Source: a virus
Virus record (IMG/VR): IMGVR_UViG_3300028584_000286
Location: 5,320 to 69,319 of that record
Reading direction: 5' to 3' (one strand)
Length of the DNA stretch: 64,000 bases
This document shows positions 1 through 10,326 of the stretch, one piece after another (the first letter of the stretch is position 1; each line of letters begins with the position of its first letter). A model generated the notes under the pieces. It was not told where the DNA came from. It did no database searches and saw nothing but the letters and a program-made list of their open reading frames with translations. The translations under genes and the position numbers were made by a program.

Positions 1-2
1 CC

Positions 3-290
3 TATTTAGACTGTGTAAATGCTATGGTATATGAGTGGACAGATGTTCCTAACAACTATACCAACCCGAAAGAAAATGCGGTTGCAAAGAAAGTTCTCGG
101 AATGACTACTGTGGACAATCTTATTAATGTAGTTCCATACTTTGTGGAAAATTATCCTAACTGGGCAAAGCCAGGTTATGAGAGTATAAATATTTTCACT
201 TTTTCTATGCACTTTCAAACAGCCCTTATGAAAATGAGGGGTACGGTAGGAAAGCGTAGCCAAAAAAATTATTCCAATGACAAACTCTAA
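3..290 (+). CDS. 5'-truncated ORF, possibly C-terminus of a replication initiator
   Basis: Frame open from nt 3; overlaps the start of the DnaC-like loader. Function inferred from position only. Confidence 0.5.
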   Translation, partial: YLDCVNAMVYEWTDVPNNYTNPKENAVAKKVLGMTTVDNLINVVPYFVENYPNWAKPGYESINIFTFSMHFQTALMKMRGTVGKRSQKNYSNDKL

Positions 291-864
291 ATATTCAAGT
301 GCTTATAATTCCTGTGGTATATGGGAACTCTGGCACGATAAAACTTGGGATGAGTACACTGATAAGAAGTATAGTAAGATTATAAAGGGTTTTGTAGATG
401 ATGAGGTTGAACATAATGTCATTCTTTATGGAAACAATGGAACAGGAAAGTCAATGCTTATGAACCTAGCAATGAAAGATTTAATGCACAAAGGTTACTC
501 TGTTTATTCTATTGATTTTAGGCACTTGATTAAGGAGTATTTGAAAAGTTGGAGGGATACTGGGAAAATAGGAACTATTGTTGGTGCCGAATATCTTGCT
601 ATTGATGATTTAGGGAAAGAGTTTAACTCTGGAGAGGTAAGCAAAGAACTTGCCATTACAACCCTTGATTATGTTTTACGATATAGATTTCAAAGAAAGT
701 TATCAACTTGGCTAACATTCAATATGCCATTAGGCGATGTTAAAGTTGAGTATAATGAGCATATTGCTTCATTGCTTAAAAGAAGTAGTGTTGCTGTTTG
801 TTTTGAGGGAGAAGATTTCGGGGAAAAACTCTTTAAAGTTATAAATCCAAATGACAAAGGATAA
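277..864 (+). CDS. DnaC/IstB-like AAA+ helicase loader
   Basis: Walker A GNNGTGKS, Walker B LAIDDLG, YRF..KLSTWLTFN typical of the IstB/DnaC family; upstream of DnaB. Confidence 0.85.
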   Translation: MTNSKYSSAYNSCGIWELWHDKTWDEYTDKKYSKIIKGFVDDEVEHNVILYGNNGTGKSMLMNLAMKDLMHKGYSVYSIDFRHLIKEYLKSWRDTGKIGTIVGAEYLAIDDLGKEFNSGEVSKELAITTLDYVLRYRFQRKLSTWLTFNMPLGDVKVEYNEHIASLLKRSSVAVCFEGEDFGEKLFKVINPNDKG

Positions 865-1138
865 AGTCATATTTTTAATAGATGAGGAGTGGGGTAAAGA
901 GCATTTATTCTGTATATTTTTAGACACCAAACGCAGGATAAATGATACAGTTCTTGGCATAGTTTCTCTATATGATTGTTATGCACATATAGGACAACAT
1001 ACAACAGCTTATAGTAATTATTTATCTGATGATAAAATTAGAGAAGCAGACCCGAATGAGTATTCTGAATTATTGGATGAGATAATCCAAATGGGCTATA
1101 AACCAGAAGTGATCCAAATTAAAGATAAATTATGTTAG
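851..1138 (+). CDS. hypothetical protein
   Basis: 95 aa, overlaps both neighbours; CYAHIGQH motif. Confidence 0.7.
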   Translation: MTKDKVIFLIDEEWGKEHLFCIFLDTKRRINDTVLGIVSLYDCYAHIGQHTTAYSNYLSDDKIREADPNEYSELLDEIIQMGYKPEVIQIKDKLC

Positions 1139-2391
1139 TAGAAAGTTTTTTATTCTCTGTTATTGAAAACGATGATGCAAACTCCTTATTTAAGGTAAAA
1201 GACACATTTGTTTCTCCAAAAGATAGACCCTACATTGATTTCGTTAAAGACTTTTATGCTAATTACAAGAAACTCCCAGACCTAAATACGGTTGAAGTAA
1301 AGTTTAATATACAACTACAAGACAATACTGAAAACCCAGATTACTGGTATAGGGAGATTGTAGATAAGTATCAAGAATACATCATAGAACAGGCTGTATT
1401 GGGTTCGGCAAAGAATAAGAAGAAAGCCATAGACATTATGCAACAAGCTATTGTTGATTATAATGTTGATGTGGATGCTCAAATTATAGATTATTCGGAT
1501 GGTAAAAAAAGAGCCAAGAGTTATGATGCTAGAAAGGGTACTGGTGGTATTACTTATTTATCAACAGGAAACCAAGATTTAGACACATTCTCCTCTGGTT
1601 ATAAAAGAGCAGACCTATGGACTATTGGAGGTCGAGAAGGGGCTGGTAAAACCTGGTTCTTGCTTCGACAAGCTGTTTGGTTAGACACCCATTTGATTGA
1701 CAAAGGAATTACAAAACCAATTCTTATAGTTTCTGGGGAGATGGATGCAGAGGAACTGGAGGAGAGGATTGATGCAATACGTTGTGAGATTTCTTATGCA
1801 CGATTATCTAAAGGAGAACTGAACCCTGCGGAGGAACGCAAGTATAAAAGATTTTTACAAGGCTTTGATACTAATATTAGGATAGTTGATACTTTTGATA
1901 ATCTTAAAGATGTTGAATATTTTATGACTATTTATAGACCTGCAATGACTTTTATTGATGGTTCACATTTACTATCGTCAAGCTATGATTGGGCGGAAAT
2001 TGCCAAGGTTACTTCTGGAATGAAACGGCTTACTAGAAATATGAAAATACCTATTGTGAATACCACCCACTTAAAAAGTGAGAAAGGAACTTCTGCAAAA
2101 GGAGGTAATATGGATGACTTCGCATACACAAAAGGATATACACGAGATAGTGATATTGTCGGTGTAATGTTTGCCTCTGATATGATGGAGATTGAAAATA
2201 AGGTCGGAATTGATTGGGTAAAAATCCGCAGGGGAAGTAGAACGCAGTTGGTTTGGGAGAACGATTATGAAACTTGCCAAACAGAACTTATAGATAGCAG
2301 AGTGGGAACCCAAATAGTTACATCCTCTGGTGGGGGAACTGGTAGTAAGCGAGGAAATAAAGGTGGTGCTAGTATTGATTTAGATTATTAA
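1132..2391 (+). CDS. dnaB: DnaB-like replicative helicase (SF4)
   Basis: Walker A GGREGAGKT, SGEM, FIDG, ADIV-like SDIV, KIRRG arginine finger. Confidence 0.9.
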   Translation: MLVESFLFSVIENDDANSLFKVKDTFVSPKDRPYIDFVKDFYANYKKLPDLNTVEVKFNIQLQDNTENPDYWYREIVDKYQEYIIEQAVLGSAKNKKKAIDIMQQAIVDYNVDVDAQIIDYSDGKKRAKSYDARKGTGGITYLSTGNQDLDTFSSGYKRADLWTIGGREGAGKTWFLLRQAVWLDTHLIDKGITKPILIVSGEMDAEELEERIDAIRCEISYARLSKGELNPAEERKYKRFLQGFDTNIRIVDTFDNLKDVEYFMTIYRPAMTFIDGSHLLSSSYDWAEIAKVTSGMKRLTRNMKIPIVNTTHLKSEKGTSAKGGNMDDFAYTKGYTRDSDIVGVMFASDMMEIENKVGIDWVKIRRGSRTQLVWENDYETCQTELIDSRVGTQIVTSSGGGTGSKRGNKGGASIDLDY

Positions 2392-2393
2392 AT

Positions 2394-2699
2394 ATGGAAG
2401 TTACTAAATGTATATCAAATAGGTTAGAGAAAGTTTCTTTAATTGATACCTATGCTATTGATGGTATTGAGATAGACTTTGTTTGCTTTCTTTACAAGGG
2501 CAAAGAGCCTGTATATTATTCTTTTTTGTCTGGCGATACATATAAGGCTATTTGCAATGGTTTGACTTATCTTATAGTTCAAAAAACAACAGAGCAAATA
2601 ATTAAAAAAGACAGTTATACTATTCCTAATAAAAAGAACATTTCGATAGGTACTAAAAAATCATATATAAAACTTAAATTGCTTAAAATAATAAAATGA
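2394..2699 (+). CDS. hypothetical protein
   Basis: 101-aa ORF in a tightly packed operon. Confidence 0.6.
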   Translation: MEVTKCISNRLEKVSLIDTYAIDGIEIDFVCFLYKGKEPVYYSFLSGDTYKAICNGLTYLIVQKTTEQIIKKDSYTIPNKKNISIGTKKSYIKLKLLKIIK

Positions 2700-3109
2700 T
2701 GAATACTAAAATAATTAAATATTGCAAGGTTAAACATAACCATTCTATTGGCAGAAGAAAGTTACTTTCTGGTAAAGAGGCATTTGCTAAAACAACATTA
2801 GTAGAATTGATAGAACAATTTGAGTATGATGGATTTTTCTTTAATGTCCACAGAGGGAGAGAAAATAAAAATAAATGGGGAGTTAGTGAGAGTACCACAG
2901 GTCTTTCAGTAAGTTCGGATAGTACGAAACCAAAAACGGAAGAGAACTATCTACATAAGACCAAAGAGTTAGCGATTAGTATGGCATTAAAAAATTTAGA
3001 AGTTGCTAAAAAAGAAAATCCTACCTCATTCTATGTTTTTAGAGCAAGACAGTTTCCAGATGCAACTACTTCACTATTTATTGAATTAAAAAAGTATAAA
3101 ATAAGATGA
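2696..3109 (+). CDS. hypothetical protein
   Basis: 137 aa, ATGA overlaps at both ends. Confidence 0.65.
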   Translation: MMNTKIIKYCKVKHNHSIGRRKLLSGKEAFAKTTLVELIEQFEYDGFFFNVHRGRENKNKWGVSESTTGLSVSSDSTKPKTEENYLHKTKELAISMALKNLEVAKKENPTSFYVFRARQFPDATTSLFIELKKYKIR

Positions 3110-3363
3110 TTATAGCACTATTAATTATTGTTGCAATTTCAAATATGTTAGTTGCATTTTTTCTTTTTGCTATTTGGAGAGCAATTTTTGGAAAATCTTC
3201 TGTGGATTTAAAGTTGGCTACATCAGTAACAGCCCAATCTAAAAAAATGGAAATATTGACAAAGAGTTTGGGAGAGTATAGCACAACACAGGATGCACTA
3301 AAGGATGTTATGAAAGATGCTGTTTCCCTAATTAGACAACTGCGAAATGAAAAGAACACTTGA
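3106..3363 (+). CDS. membrane-anchored hypothetical protein
   Basis: Hydrophobic N-terminal ~25 aa followed by a coiled-coil-like segment. Confidence 0.65.
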   Translation: MIIALLIIVAISNMLVAFFLFAIWRAIFGKSSVDLKLATSVTAQSKKMEILTKSLGEYSTTQDALKDVMKDAVSLIRQLRNEKNT

Positions 3364-4252
3364 TGAGTTAATTAATTCTATGGGTATAGATAAACTTACA
3401 CCGACACCTCACGGATGGAAAGGTTGTTGTAATGTAAATCCAGACCACATAGATAGTAAACCATCAATGCACATAAACGTAGATAAGGGTCTTGTTAAGT
3501 GTTTTTCTTGTGGTTCATTCCGTTTCCTCTCCGACTATTTGCTTGATAATGGTGCCACGTTTGATGAGGTTGTTGATTTTATGTTCCGAGATTACGAAAG
3601 AAGCAAAACAACTCCAGAGGGTATGCAAGAATGGGTTTTGGGTAGAAAGATACCAAAATCAATGGTGGATAGGGGTTATGAAATTCCCACATTACAATTT
3701 TTCGAGGTGGGTTATGATGAGTTTGAGAAACGAATTACTATCCCATTGAGATACCCACCAAGAGGAGGTACTTTATATGGAGTTCAATATCGTCAATACC
3801 CAAAGAAATTCTGGGTTTCCGATGGTTTTGTAAAAGACAACTTCATTTATAATTATGAACCAACAGAGAGTAGAATTTACACGGAGGGGTTTACTGATTT
3901 GTGGAAAATTTGGCAAAACGGATCAACAGAGGTTAGTGCATTGCTTACAGCATTTCCTTCAGATGGGCAGTTAGCATTGATGAGTAAACATAAGAAAATA
4001 ACATTAGCTTTTGATAATGATATTGCAGGGTTTAAAGGAGCATTTAAGGTACACAAAGAACTCGGCAGAGAAATAGATATAAGAGTAGCACTATTTAGGG
4101 GAAAAGATGCAGGAGAGCAGACCTATGATAGTTGGAATAGGTCGGTAGAAAATACAATAACATTCACAGAATTTGAGGTACAATTAATTCGGAGAAATCC
4201 CGAACTTTACAATAATATAAAAAAGCAAATTTATGGCAACAATTATCAGTGA
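3347..4252 (+). CDS. dnaG: DnaG-like primase (Zn finger + TOPRIM)
   Basis: C..H...KPS...CFSC Zn finger; TEGFTD and FDNDIAG TOPRIM motifs. Confidence 0.9.
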   Translation: MKRTLDELINSMGIDKLTPTPHGWKGCCNVNPDHIDSKPSMHINVDKGLVKCFSCGSFRFLSDYLLDNGATFDEVVDFMFRDYERSKTTPEGMQEWVLGRKIPKSMVDRGYEIPTLQFFEVGYDEFEKRITIPLRYPPRGGTLYGVQYRQYPKKFWVSDGFVKDNFIYNYEPTESRIYTEGFTDLWKIWQNGSTEVSALLTAFPSDGQLALMSKHKKITLAFDNDIAGFKGAFKVHKELGREIDIRVALFRGKDAGEQTYDSWNRSVENTITFTEFEVQLIRRNPELYNNIKKQIYGNNYQ

Positions 4253-4484
4253 GCATTTATCAAAATCAGACATAAGTGTAGAGGGAGTTTCTTTAGAGCA
4301 AGGAAATGTATGGACTAAAATTAAAGCTGGTGAGGCAGTTATTTATAAATCCCTAGAAGATTTTATTTCAGCAGAATACTACGGTGAAAAGATTGCAAGA
4401 AAGTATTGCCCAGAGGAGGAACTATTAATGCACTATGACGAAAGTACTTCTTGGTTTGATATACCACTAACTATTATAAATTAA
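4233..4484 (+). CDS. hypothetical protein
   Basis: 83-aa ORF, operonic. Confidence 0.6.
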   Translation: MATIISEHLSKSDISVEGVSLEQGNVWTKIKAGEAVIYKSLEDFISAEYYGEKIARKYCPEEELLMHYDESTSWFDIPLTIIN

Positions 4485-4488
4485 GTCT

Positions 4489-4785
4489 ATGAAAAAGTTT
4501 ATAATTTTACTGGTTGTTTTTATATATTCTATTTCTTATGGACAAAAAGTTTTCGTAACTAATAACAGAAATGAAGCGGATTACATAGTTTATGAAACGC
4601 ATAACCGATATGAAGCTGATTGGTTTATTCTAAAAACACTATACCCTAGTGAAGCCAAAAAAGGAAGATGGTTTTTTACTATTTATAGAAATGAAGCCGA
4701 GATAAAAATTTATTACACTACTAAAAGATTTGAAGCCACAAAAATAGTGTACTATGCTAAATACCCAAATGAAATAAAATATTAG
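4489..4785 (+). CDS. secreted protein with repeated EAD/EAE units (DUF6150-like)
   Basis: Signal peptide MKKFIILLVVFIYSISYG; repeats NRNEADYIVY / NRYEADWFIL / YRNEAEIKIYY. Confidence 0.65.
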   Translation: MKKFIILLVVFIYSISYGQKVFVTNNRNEADYIVYETHNRYEADWFILKTLYPSEAKKGRWFFTIYRNEAEIKIYYTTKRFEATKIVYYAKYPNEIKY

Positions 4786-4790
4786 AAATT

Positions 4791-5339
4791 ATGCCAGTAA
4801 GAGAAGAAAAGTTAATTGAACGTGATGGATTAGGTGGTAAAAAGTTTGCCCTAACACAGGAGCAATGGAATGAATTGGATAATAGAGTTTTCAAAACTGT
4901 TGAACGTAATAAAGAAGTTGTTACTTTTGTAGAAGAGTTATCAGAGGAATTATCCAAAACATTTAACCAAATTGTTAAGGTAGGATGTAGAGCATTCCGA
5001 AGTATTCACGAACACTCGGATGGTAGTGATAAAGTTTCTAGCAGAAGTTACCTATCTATGGAGGTTGTATCAGTGGATGATACTGGAAAAACAGAAAACT
5101 ATTATTTAGACACTCACCCCGATTTAGGTGAGTTAAGAGAAACCATTATACAAGATTTATATGTTAGAAGAGCAAGAAAACAAAAAGAGGGAGGAGATGG
5201 AGAAAGCAGTAGTGATACTGTTGAAGGGGATGGGGGAGAACCCAGAAAGAGCAGACTTGAAAAATACACCGAAAAGATTTGTGAAAGCGTTGATGTCATT
5301 CAGTCCGCAAAAAGAAGAACCAGAGGTAACAGTATTTGA
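4791..5339 (+). CDS. hypothetical protein (MPxR start); 3' end overprints folE
   Basis: 182 aa; last ~47 codons overlap folE in another frame. Confidence 0.65.
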   Translation: MPVREEKLIERDGLGGKKFALTQEQWNELDNRVFKTVERNKEVVTFVEELSEELSKTFNQIVKVGCRAFRSIHEHSDGSDKVSSRSYLSMEVVSVDDTGKTENYYLDTHPDLGELRETIIQDLYVRRARKQKEGGDGESSSDTVEGDGGEPRKSRLEKYTEKICESVDVIQSAKRRTRGNSI

Positions 5340-5715
5340 AAGTAATTCCAACGGAGTAGTTGTGGTAAAAAATCTTGAAGTACGCAGTTTATGTGGACAC
5401 CATTTATTCCCCTTTATTGGAACTTGTTCTGTTGCCTATATTCCAAATAAGTTTAAGGCAGGACTATCTAAATTTCAAAGGGTTTTAGATTTTGTCGCAG
5501 AGAAACCACAAGACCAAGAGAACTTAACAAAAGAGATGCTAGATTTTTTGGTAGCAAAAATACAACCAATTGCTATGGTAGTAGAGATTACTTGTCAGCA
5601 TACTTGTATGAGTGGTAGAGGAGTTAAGTGCCACGATGCAGAAACATTTACAAGTGAGGAATACAACACCGACCCTACTGGACTTGACCTTCAGAAAATT
5701 TATCGAAAATTATAA
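5197..5715 (+). CDS. folE: GTP cyclohydrolase I
   Basis: TPKR, SLCGHH, GLSK, QDQE, HTCMSGRGV motifs; start set at ATG 5197 (track gives 5161). Confidence 0.92.
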   Translation: MEKAVVILLKGMGENPERADLKNTPKRFVKALMSFSPQKEEPEVTVFESNSNGVVVVKNLEVRSLCGHHLFPFIGTCSVAYIPNKFKAGLSKFQRVLDFVAEKPQDQENLTKEMLDFLVAKIQPIAMVVEITCQHTCMSGRGVKCHDAETFTSEEYNTDPTGLDLQKIYRKL

Positions 5716-5814
5716 TCAATAGTTATTGCTCTTTAGCAATTTTTACTATATTTGCTTTATACTTATCACTATGATAAGAATGATTAATTATTAACTATTT
5801 TAAAAACGAAGCGT

Positions 5815-6624
5815 ATGCCAAGTAGAGAAGAAGGTGGTAGAGGAAACAGAAGAGTTCCTGCATCTCCACAAAGAAACGGTGCGACAGCCCGACCAAGAGC
5901 GAGTGCTAATAATGCCTCACAAGATGAAGATGAAGTTTGGGAAGAAATTATGGAAATGAAGCAAGGTGCTTCTGGAGAGAGTGGTGGGTTTAATAAGATG
6001 AACACAAATTTCTGGTTAAGCAATGGCGAGGAAATTGATGTTGTTTTTTTAGACAATTCCCCAACGATTTTTAATGGACACGTTATCAAATGTAGTACCG
6101 AAGCAGGTAAGACTTTTTACAGAACGGAGGCGTGTCAAAAATCAGCACAGGACTATTGTGTACTTTGCGAAACCGAAAACAAGACAGTTAGCAAATCAAA
6201 AAAGATTATTGCTTTCCGTATTTTGGACAGCAGGGGTAACTGGAACAAAGACCTAAACAATAAAAAAGGAGGAATGGATGGAGTTGCTTCTCCTAAAATT
6301 TTCTTGGTATCTTTAGACCTTGCAAAACAAATCAAACTTTTGAGAGATGATGCAGGTGGAGAACTTACCGACAAGGTTATCAAACTTTCTAAAAACGAGA
6401 AGTATATTGCTAACTTCAAGTTTAGAAAAAATACCAATGGAAGTTTAAGCTACATTCCTGCACCTTCCTACGATGGAGAGTTACCAGAAATTCTTGATAT
6501 TTATGCTCCTATGGATGATGAAGAGTTGATGGAGTTTGTTAGAAAGTTCTCTTATTCTGAACCTGCAACAGCACCATCAAGAGGTGGTGGAAGCAACAGA
6601 AAAGCAGGAAGTTTTGGAGATTAG
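5815..6624 (+). CDS. gp32-like single-stranded DNA-binding protein
   Basis: H..C..C..C Zn ligands (GHVIKC, ACQK, CVLC); disordered Gly/acidic termini; replication context. Confidence 0.7.
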   Translation: MPSREEGGRGNRRVPASPQRNGATARPRASANNASQDEDEVWEEIMEMKQGASGESGGFNKMNTNFWLSNGEEIDVVFLDNSPTIFNGHVIKCSTEAGKTFYRTEACQKSAQDYCVLCETENKTVSKSKKIIAFRILDSRGNWNKDLNNKKGGMDGVASPKIFLVSLDLAKQIKLLRDDAGGELTDKVIKLSKNEKYIANFKFRKNTNGSLSYIPAPSYDGELPEILDIYAPMDDEELMEFVRKFSYSEPATAPSRGGGSNRKAGSFGD

Positions 6625-6648
6625 TCCTATATTTTAATCAAATTAAGT

Positions 6649-6680
6649 AAAGCCCTTTGTACTAACTAAAGGGCTTTTTT
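6649..6680 (+). terminator. intrinsic terminator
   Basis: AAAGCCCTTT-gtactaact-AAAGGGCTTT plus T run after the SSB gene. Confidence 0.85.
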
Positions 6681-6688
6681 ACCCCACT

Positions 6689-7183
6689 ATGGAAACAGCT
6701 TATATATTTACAGATGGTTCAAGTAATCCACGCACCAAAGAGGGCGGATGGGCATTTTGCCTAACCGATAACCCCAAAGGAAAGAGTGAGATACATAAAG
6801 CCTCTGGCTACCATTACAACACCACCAATAATAGAATGGAATTGTTGTCGGTCATAAATTCACTACACTATATATATGCTAATATTTCTACTGTTAGAAG
6901 AGTGGTTGTTCATTCAGATAGTAGGTACGTTTCAGACCCAATATACTTTAATTGGATTTCAGACTGGAAAGGCAATAACTGGATTAAGTCGGATGGTGGA
7001 GAAACGAAAAATTATGACTTATGGGATGAGTTGCACATACTACTTGATAGGTTTAGGTTTAGAAATATTAAGGTAGATGTTTTGTGGGTTAGGGGTCATA
7101 ATGGAAACCACTTTAACGAGATTTGTGACAAACTTGCCAAGCAAGGAAGGTATAACAAACAAGTAAATAAAATTTATGGATGA
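6689..7183 (+). CDS. rnhA: ribonuclease HI
   Basis: IFTDGSS, TTNNRMEL, HSDSRY, WVRGHNG...NEICDKLA. Confidence 0.95.
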   Translation: METAYIFTDGSSNPRTKEGGWAFCLTDNPKGKSEIHKASGYHYNTTNNRMELLSVINSLHYIYANISTVRRVVVHSDSRYVSDPIYFNWISDWKGNNWIKSDGGETKNYDLWDELHILLDRFRFRNIKVDVLWVRGHNGNHFNEICDKLAKQGRYNKQVNKIYG

Positions 7184-9161
7184 TTTTAAATGGATAAAGA
7201 CCATAGAAGAGTTGAAAGACTTTGCAGACAATTTTACTGCAAAAGATTTTTCATTCGATACCGAGTTTACCAGTCTAAAGTTTATGAAGCAGGAACTTAT
7301 TGGAATGTCTGTTTATGCAGGTAATGAGCCTATGGCTAAACCAACATACATACAGTTTAACTTTAGTGATACCTATGTTGAAAAAGAAAAAGACCCAAAG
7401 GGGGGCAGAAAAAAAGTTGATGTTGTGTATCAATATGACAAAACTGATGCAATAGATTTTCAAGAAGCAAAACCATATATACTTAAAATGTTTGAGGATG
7501 CAAAGTGTATTTGTGCTAGTGCTAAAGTAGAGTGGAAGATATTCAGTAAGTATGGAATTACTAATTGGAGAATTGAGGATGATGTAAATCTTATGAGTTG
7601 GATGCTTAATGTATCTACTCCTAGTGATTTGAAAGGAAATACCAAAAGAGAATTAAAGGTGGATATGCCAAGCTATACTGATACTGTTGGAATGAAACCA
7701 GACAACATTAACTGGAATAGAGTAGATTGGAGAGGTTATGCAGAATATGGTGCTAGAGATGCGTGGGCAACTTATAACTTGAGAGATGTTTACTTACCAA
7801 AAATGCAAGAGTTCCCTGCCCTATTCAAATGTTATAAAAGTTTAGAAATACCGCTACTTTATGAAGTTGCTAAATCTGAAATGGCAGGAGTTAGTATTGA
7901 TACTAAAACCTTAAAAGAAATGTCCAAAGAAATTGATGTAGATATTGCAAAATTTAAAGAGGAAATATTCGATAAGGTTGGTGTTGAATTTAACATTGGT
8001 AGTTCAAAGCAATTAGCTGAAATGCTTTTTGACAGATTAGGTTATCCAGTTATTAAAACTTCCGACAAAACAGGAGCAAGAAGTTGTGATGAGGACACAT
8101 TAAAAGAACTCGCTTTCAAAGGATATGATGTTGCCGATGATATTTTGGATTTCCGAAAACTTGAAAAGCTGAAAGGAACTTATATTGATGCAATTCCATT
8201 AATGGTTGATAGTGATGGCAGACTTCGAGGAAACTTCAATCAATCTGGTACTGCTACTGGCAGATTTTCTAGTTCACAACCAAACCTTCAGAACCAACCA
8301 AATAACAAAAGTTACCCGATAAAAAGTGCATTCGTTCCGAAGAAAGGCTATAAATTCATAGTTGTCGATTGGAGTACTATTGAGATTAGGATAATGGCTC
8401 ACGAGAGCGGTGATAAAAAATTAATCGACCTACTTAATGCAGGGAGGGATATTCATCAAGAAACTACCGATAGTATCAATAAGCAATTTCATTTAACACT
8501 TACTCGTAGTGATGGCAAGACTATTAATTTTGCTGTTTTATACTTAATGGGTGCCGATAGTTTGGCATACACCCTAAACAAGGAACTTAAAAAGAGGTTG
8601 AAGGAAGGAACTATTTCTATGGATGAATATAAGCAACTTATAGTTACCAGAAGAATTGCACAGAATATTATTGATGGATATTTCAACACCTATACTGGGT
8701 TTAAGCAGTTTATTCAAGATGAAACAGTAGAGAGCAAAAACTCTGGTTGGGTTTGGACAATGGGGGGCAGAAGGCGACCTGTGTTTGAGTTGCGTAAGAG
8801 AGAAACTTTTGGCATTGGACAGAGAAGAACTATAAACACAATCATTCAAGGGGGTGCAGGGGATTTAATGAAATTGGGAATTATCAAACTTGGTAGATTG
8901 TATAGAGAAAAAGAGTACGATGCAAATACCTTACTTTATGTTCACGATGAGTATGTTATCGAAGTAAAAGAAGAACAGGCAGATAGACTACTGGTGGATG
9001 TGATAAACCTAATGGAGAATATTTACCCTCCCTGCTCCGTTCCTATTAAATGTGATGGCGGTATTTATGATAGTTGGGCAGGATTGAAGCAAGGAACTAT
9101 TAAAAAACGCAAAAAGAAATCAATAGTCAGTAAATTAAAAATCTTAAAACTAATTAAATAA
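7176..9161 (+). CDS. polA: family A DNA polymerase (3'-5' exonuclease + polymerase, no 5'-3' exonuclease)
   Basis: FDTE ExoI, TATGRFSSSQPNLQN, motif A VDWSTIE, motif B GKTINFAVLY, motif C YVHDEY. Confidence 0.95.
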   Translation: MDDFKWIKTIEELKDFADNFTAKDFSFDTEFTSLKFMKQELIGMSVYAGNEPMAKPTYIQFNFSDTYVEKEKDPKGGRKKVDVVYQYDKTDAIDFQEAKPYILKMFEDAKCICASAKVEWKIFSKYGITNWRIEDDVNLMSWMLNVSTPSDLKGNTKRELKVDMPSYTDTVGMKPDNINWNRVDWRGYAEYGARDAWATYNLRDVYLPKMQEFPALFKCYKSLEIPLLYEVAKSEMAGVSIDTKTLKEMSKEIDVDIAKFKEEIFDKVGVEFNIGSSKQLAEMLFDRLGYPVIKTSDKTGARSCDEDTLKELAFKGYDVADDILDFRKLEKLKGTYIDAIPLMVDSDGRLRGNFNQSGTATGRFSSSQPNLQNQPNNKSYPIKSAFVPKKGYKFIVVDWSTIEIRIMAHESGDKKLIDLLNAGRDIHQETTDSINKQFHLTLTRSDGKTINFAVLYLMGADSLAYTLNKELKKRLKEGTISMDEYKQLIVTRRIAQNIIDGYFNTYTGFKQFIQDETVESKNSGWVWTMGGRRRPVFELRKRETFGIGQRRTINTIIQGGAGDLMKLGIIKLGRLYREKEYDANTLLYVHDEYVIEVKEEQADRLLVDVINLMENIYPPCSVPIKCDGGIYDSWAGLKQGTIKKRKKKSIVSKLKILKLIK

Positions 9162-10324
9162 TGGCAAAACAGGTAACAGTAGGCAGGGGTGATAAAATCG
9201 CCACGACTGAAAGTAACAACTTTTCAAGAGTTAGAGGTCTAATGACCGACATTAATAAACACTATGGTAAAAAGTTATTGCGGAGTGGGGAGGATATTCC
9301 GGTTATAAATAAAGTTCCATTTGACGAGCCTGTATTAGATTATGTATCCGATGGTGGAACACCAATAGGTAGATTTATAGAATATCTAGGAGAACCTCAT
9401 AGTGGAAAAACACGAAATGGTTTAAAAGCAATGGCTAAATTTCAGAGGTATTGTTTCAGCTGTAATACACCAAATGCACTTTCAGCAGAGTGGGATATGG
9501 ATAAAGAGGGTATTCCATTTGTAAAAAACTGCGAATGTAGTAACTGCACCACGCCAAGAACTACCATACAAGCTATGGTTGATATTGAGGGAACTACCGA
9601 CCCAGAATTTATGAAATTATTTGGTATTGATGTTATGGGGGTAATTTATTCAAGACCAGATAAACCCTCACAAGCGGTTGGTATTGTTGATGCACTTTTG
9701 AGAGAGCCACAGATAGGTTTAATACTTTTTGATAGTGTCGGTTCTATGGGGTCTGATAAGGAGGTTGATACTGCTATTGAGGATGACAAAATGAACCAAA
9801 ATGCACTATTCCTAAATAAGGCAATGAGAAAGTGGCAAGCGGCGTTAAATTCAAATACTAATGAAACCTCTATGGAGAATGGGGCAACTATGATTATAGT
9901 GAACCAATCTTATGTAACACTCTCAATATTTTCTACGGAGGTTGCACAGGGGGGTCGTGGTTTACGACACGGAAAGGGAATGAGTTTAAAAACTCGTATC
10001 AAAGAGCGGAACAAAGATGAGAAAACGAAAAAGGTATATGGTGTCCATATTGAGTATAAAAATGAAAAAAACAAAACTGGAATACCTTATAGGGTTAAAG
10101 AATATTACCTAAATCTTGATCCAGATGATGATGAGATAGGTTATTGCCAAACCAATACAAAATTACAATATATTGAACTGGCTATCGAGTGGGGAATTTT
10201 AGACCAAAGAGGTGGTTGGTTCTCCTTTAATGGTAAAAAATGGCAAGGAAAGGCATCCGTTATTGAGGATTTTGATGAGGGTATTAAAGAAGAAGTTGAT
10301 AAGAAACTTTACAATAAAAAATAA
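9161..10324 (+). CDS. recA: RecA/UvsX-like recombinase with Cys-rich insertion
   Basis: GRFIEYLGEPHSGKT, DIEG, LFDSVG, GGRGLRH, KNKTG, GGWFSF. Confidence 0.9.
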   Translation: MAKQVTVGRGDKIATTESNNFSRVRGLMTDINKHYGKKLLRSGEDIPVINKVPFDEPVLDYVSDGGTPIGRFIEYLGEPHSGKTRNGLKAMAKFQRYCFSCNTPNALSAEWDMDKEGIPFVKNCECSNCTTPRTTIQAMVDIEGTTDPEFMKLFGIDVMGVIYSRPDKPSQAVGIVDALLREPQIGLILFDSVGSMGSDKEVDTAIEDDKMNQNALFLNKAMRKWQAALNSNTNETSMENGATMIIVNQSYVTLSIFSTEVAQGGRGLRHGKGMSLKTRIKERNKDEKTKKVYGVHIEYKNEKNKTGIPYRVKEYYLNLDPDDDEIGYCQTNTKLQYIELAIEWGILDQRGGWFSFNGKKWQGKASVIEDFDEGIKEEVDKKLYNKK

Positions 10325-10326
10325 TT

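Noticed and set aside
7176-10324. Introns or inteins in polA or recA
   Set aside because: Both ORFs are continuous and of normal size; the RecA insert lacks intein terminal motifs.
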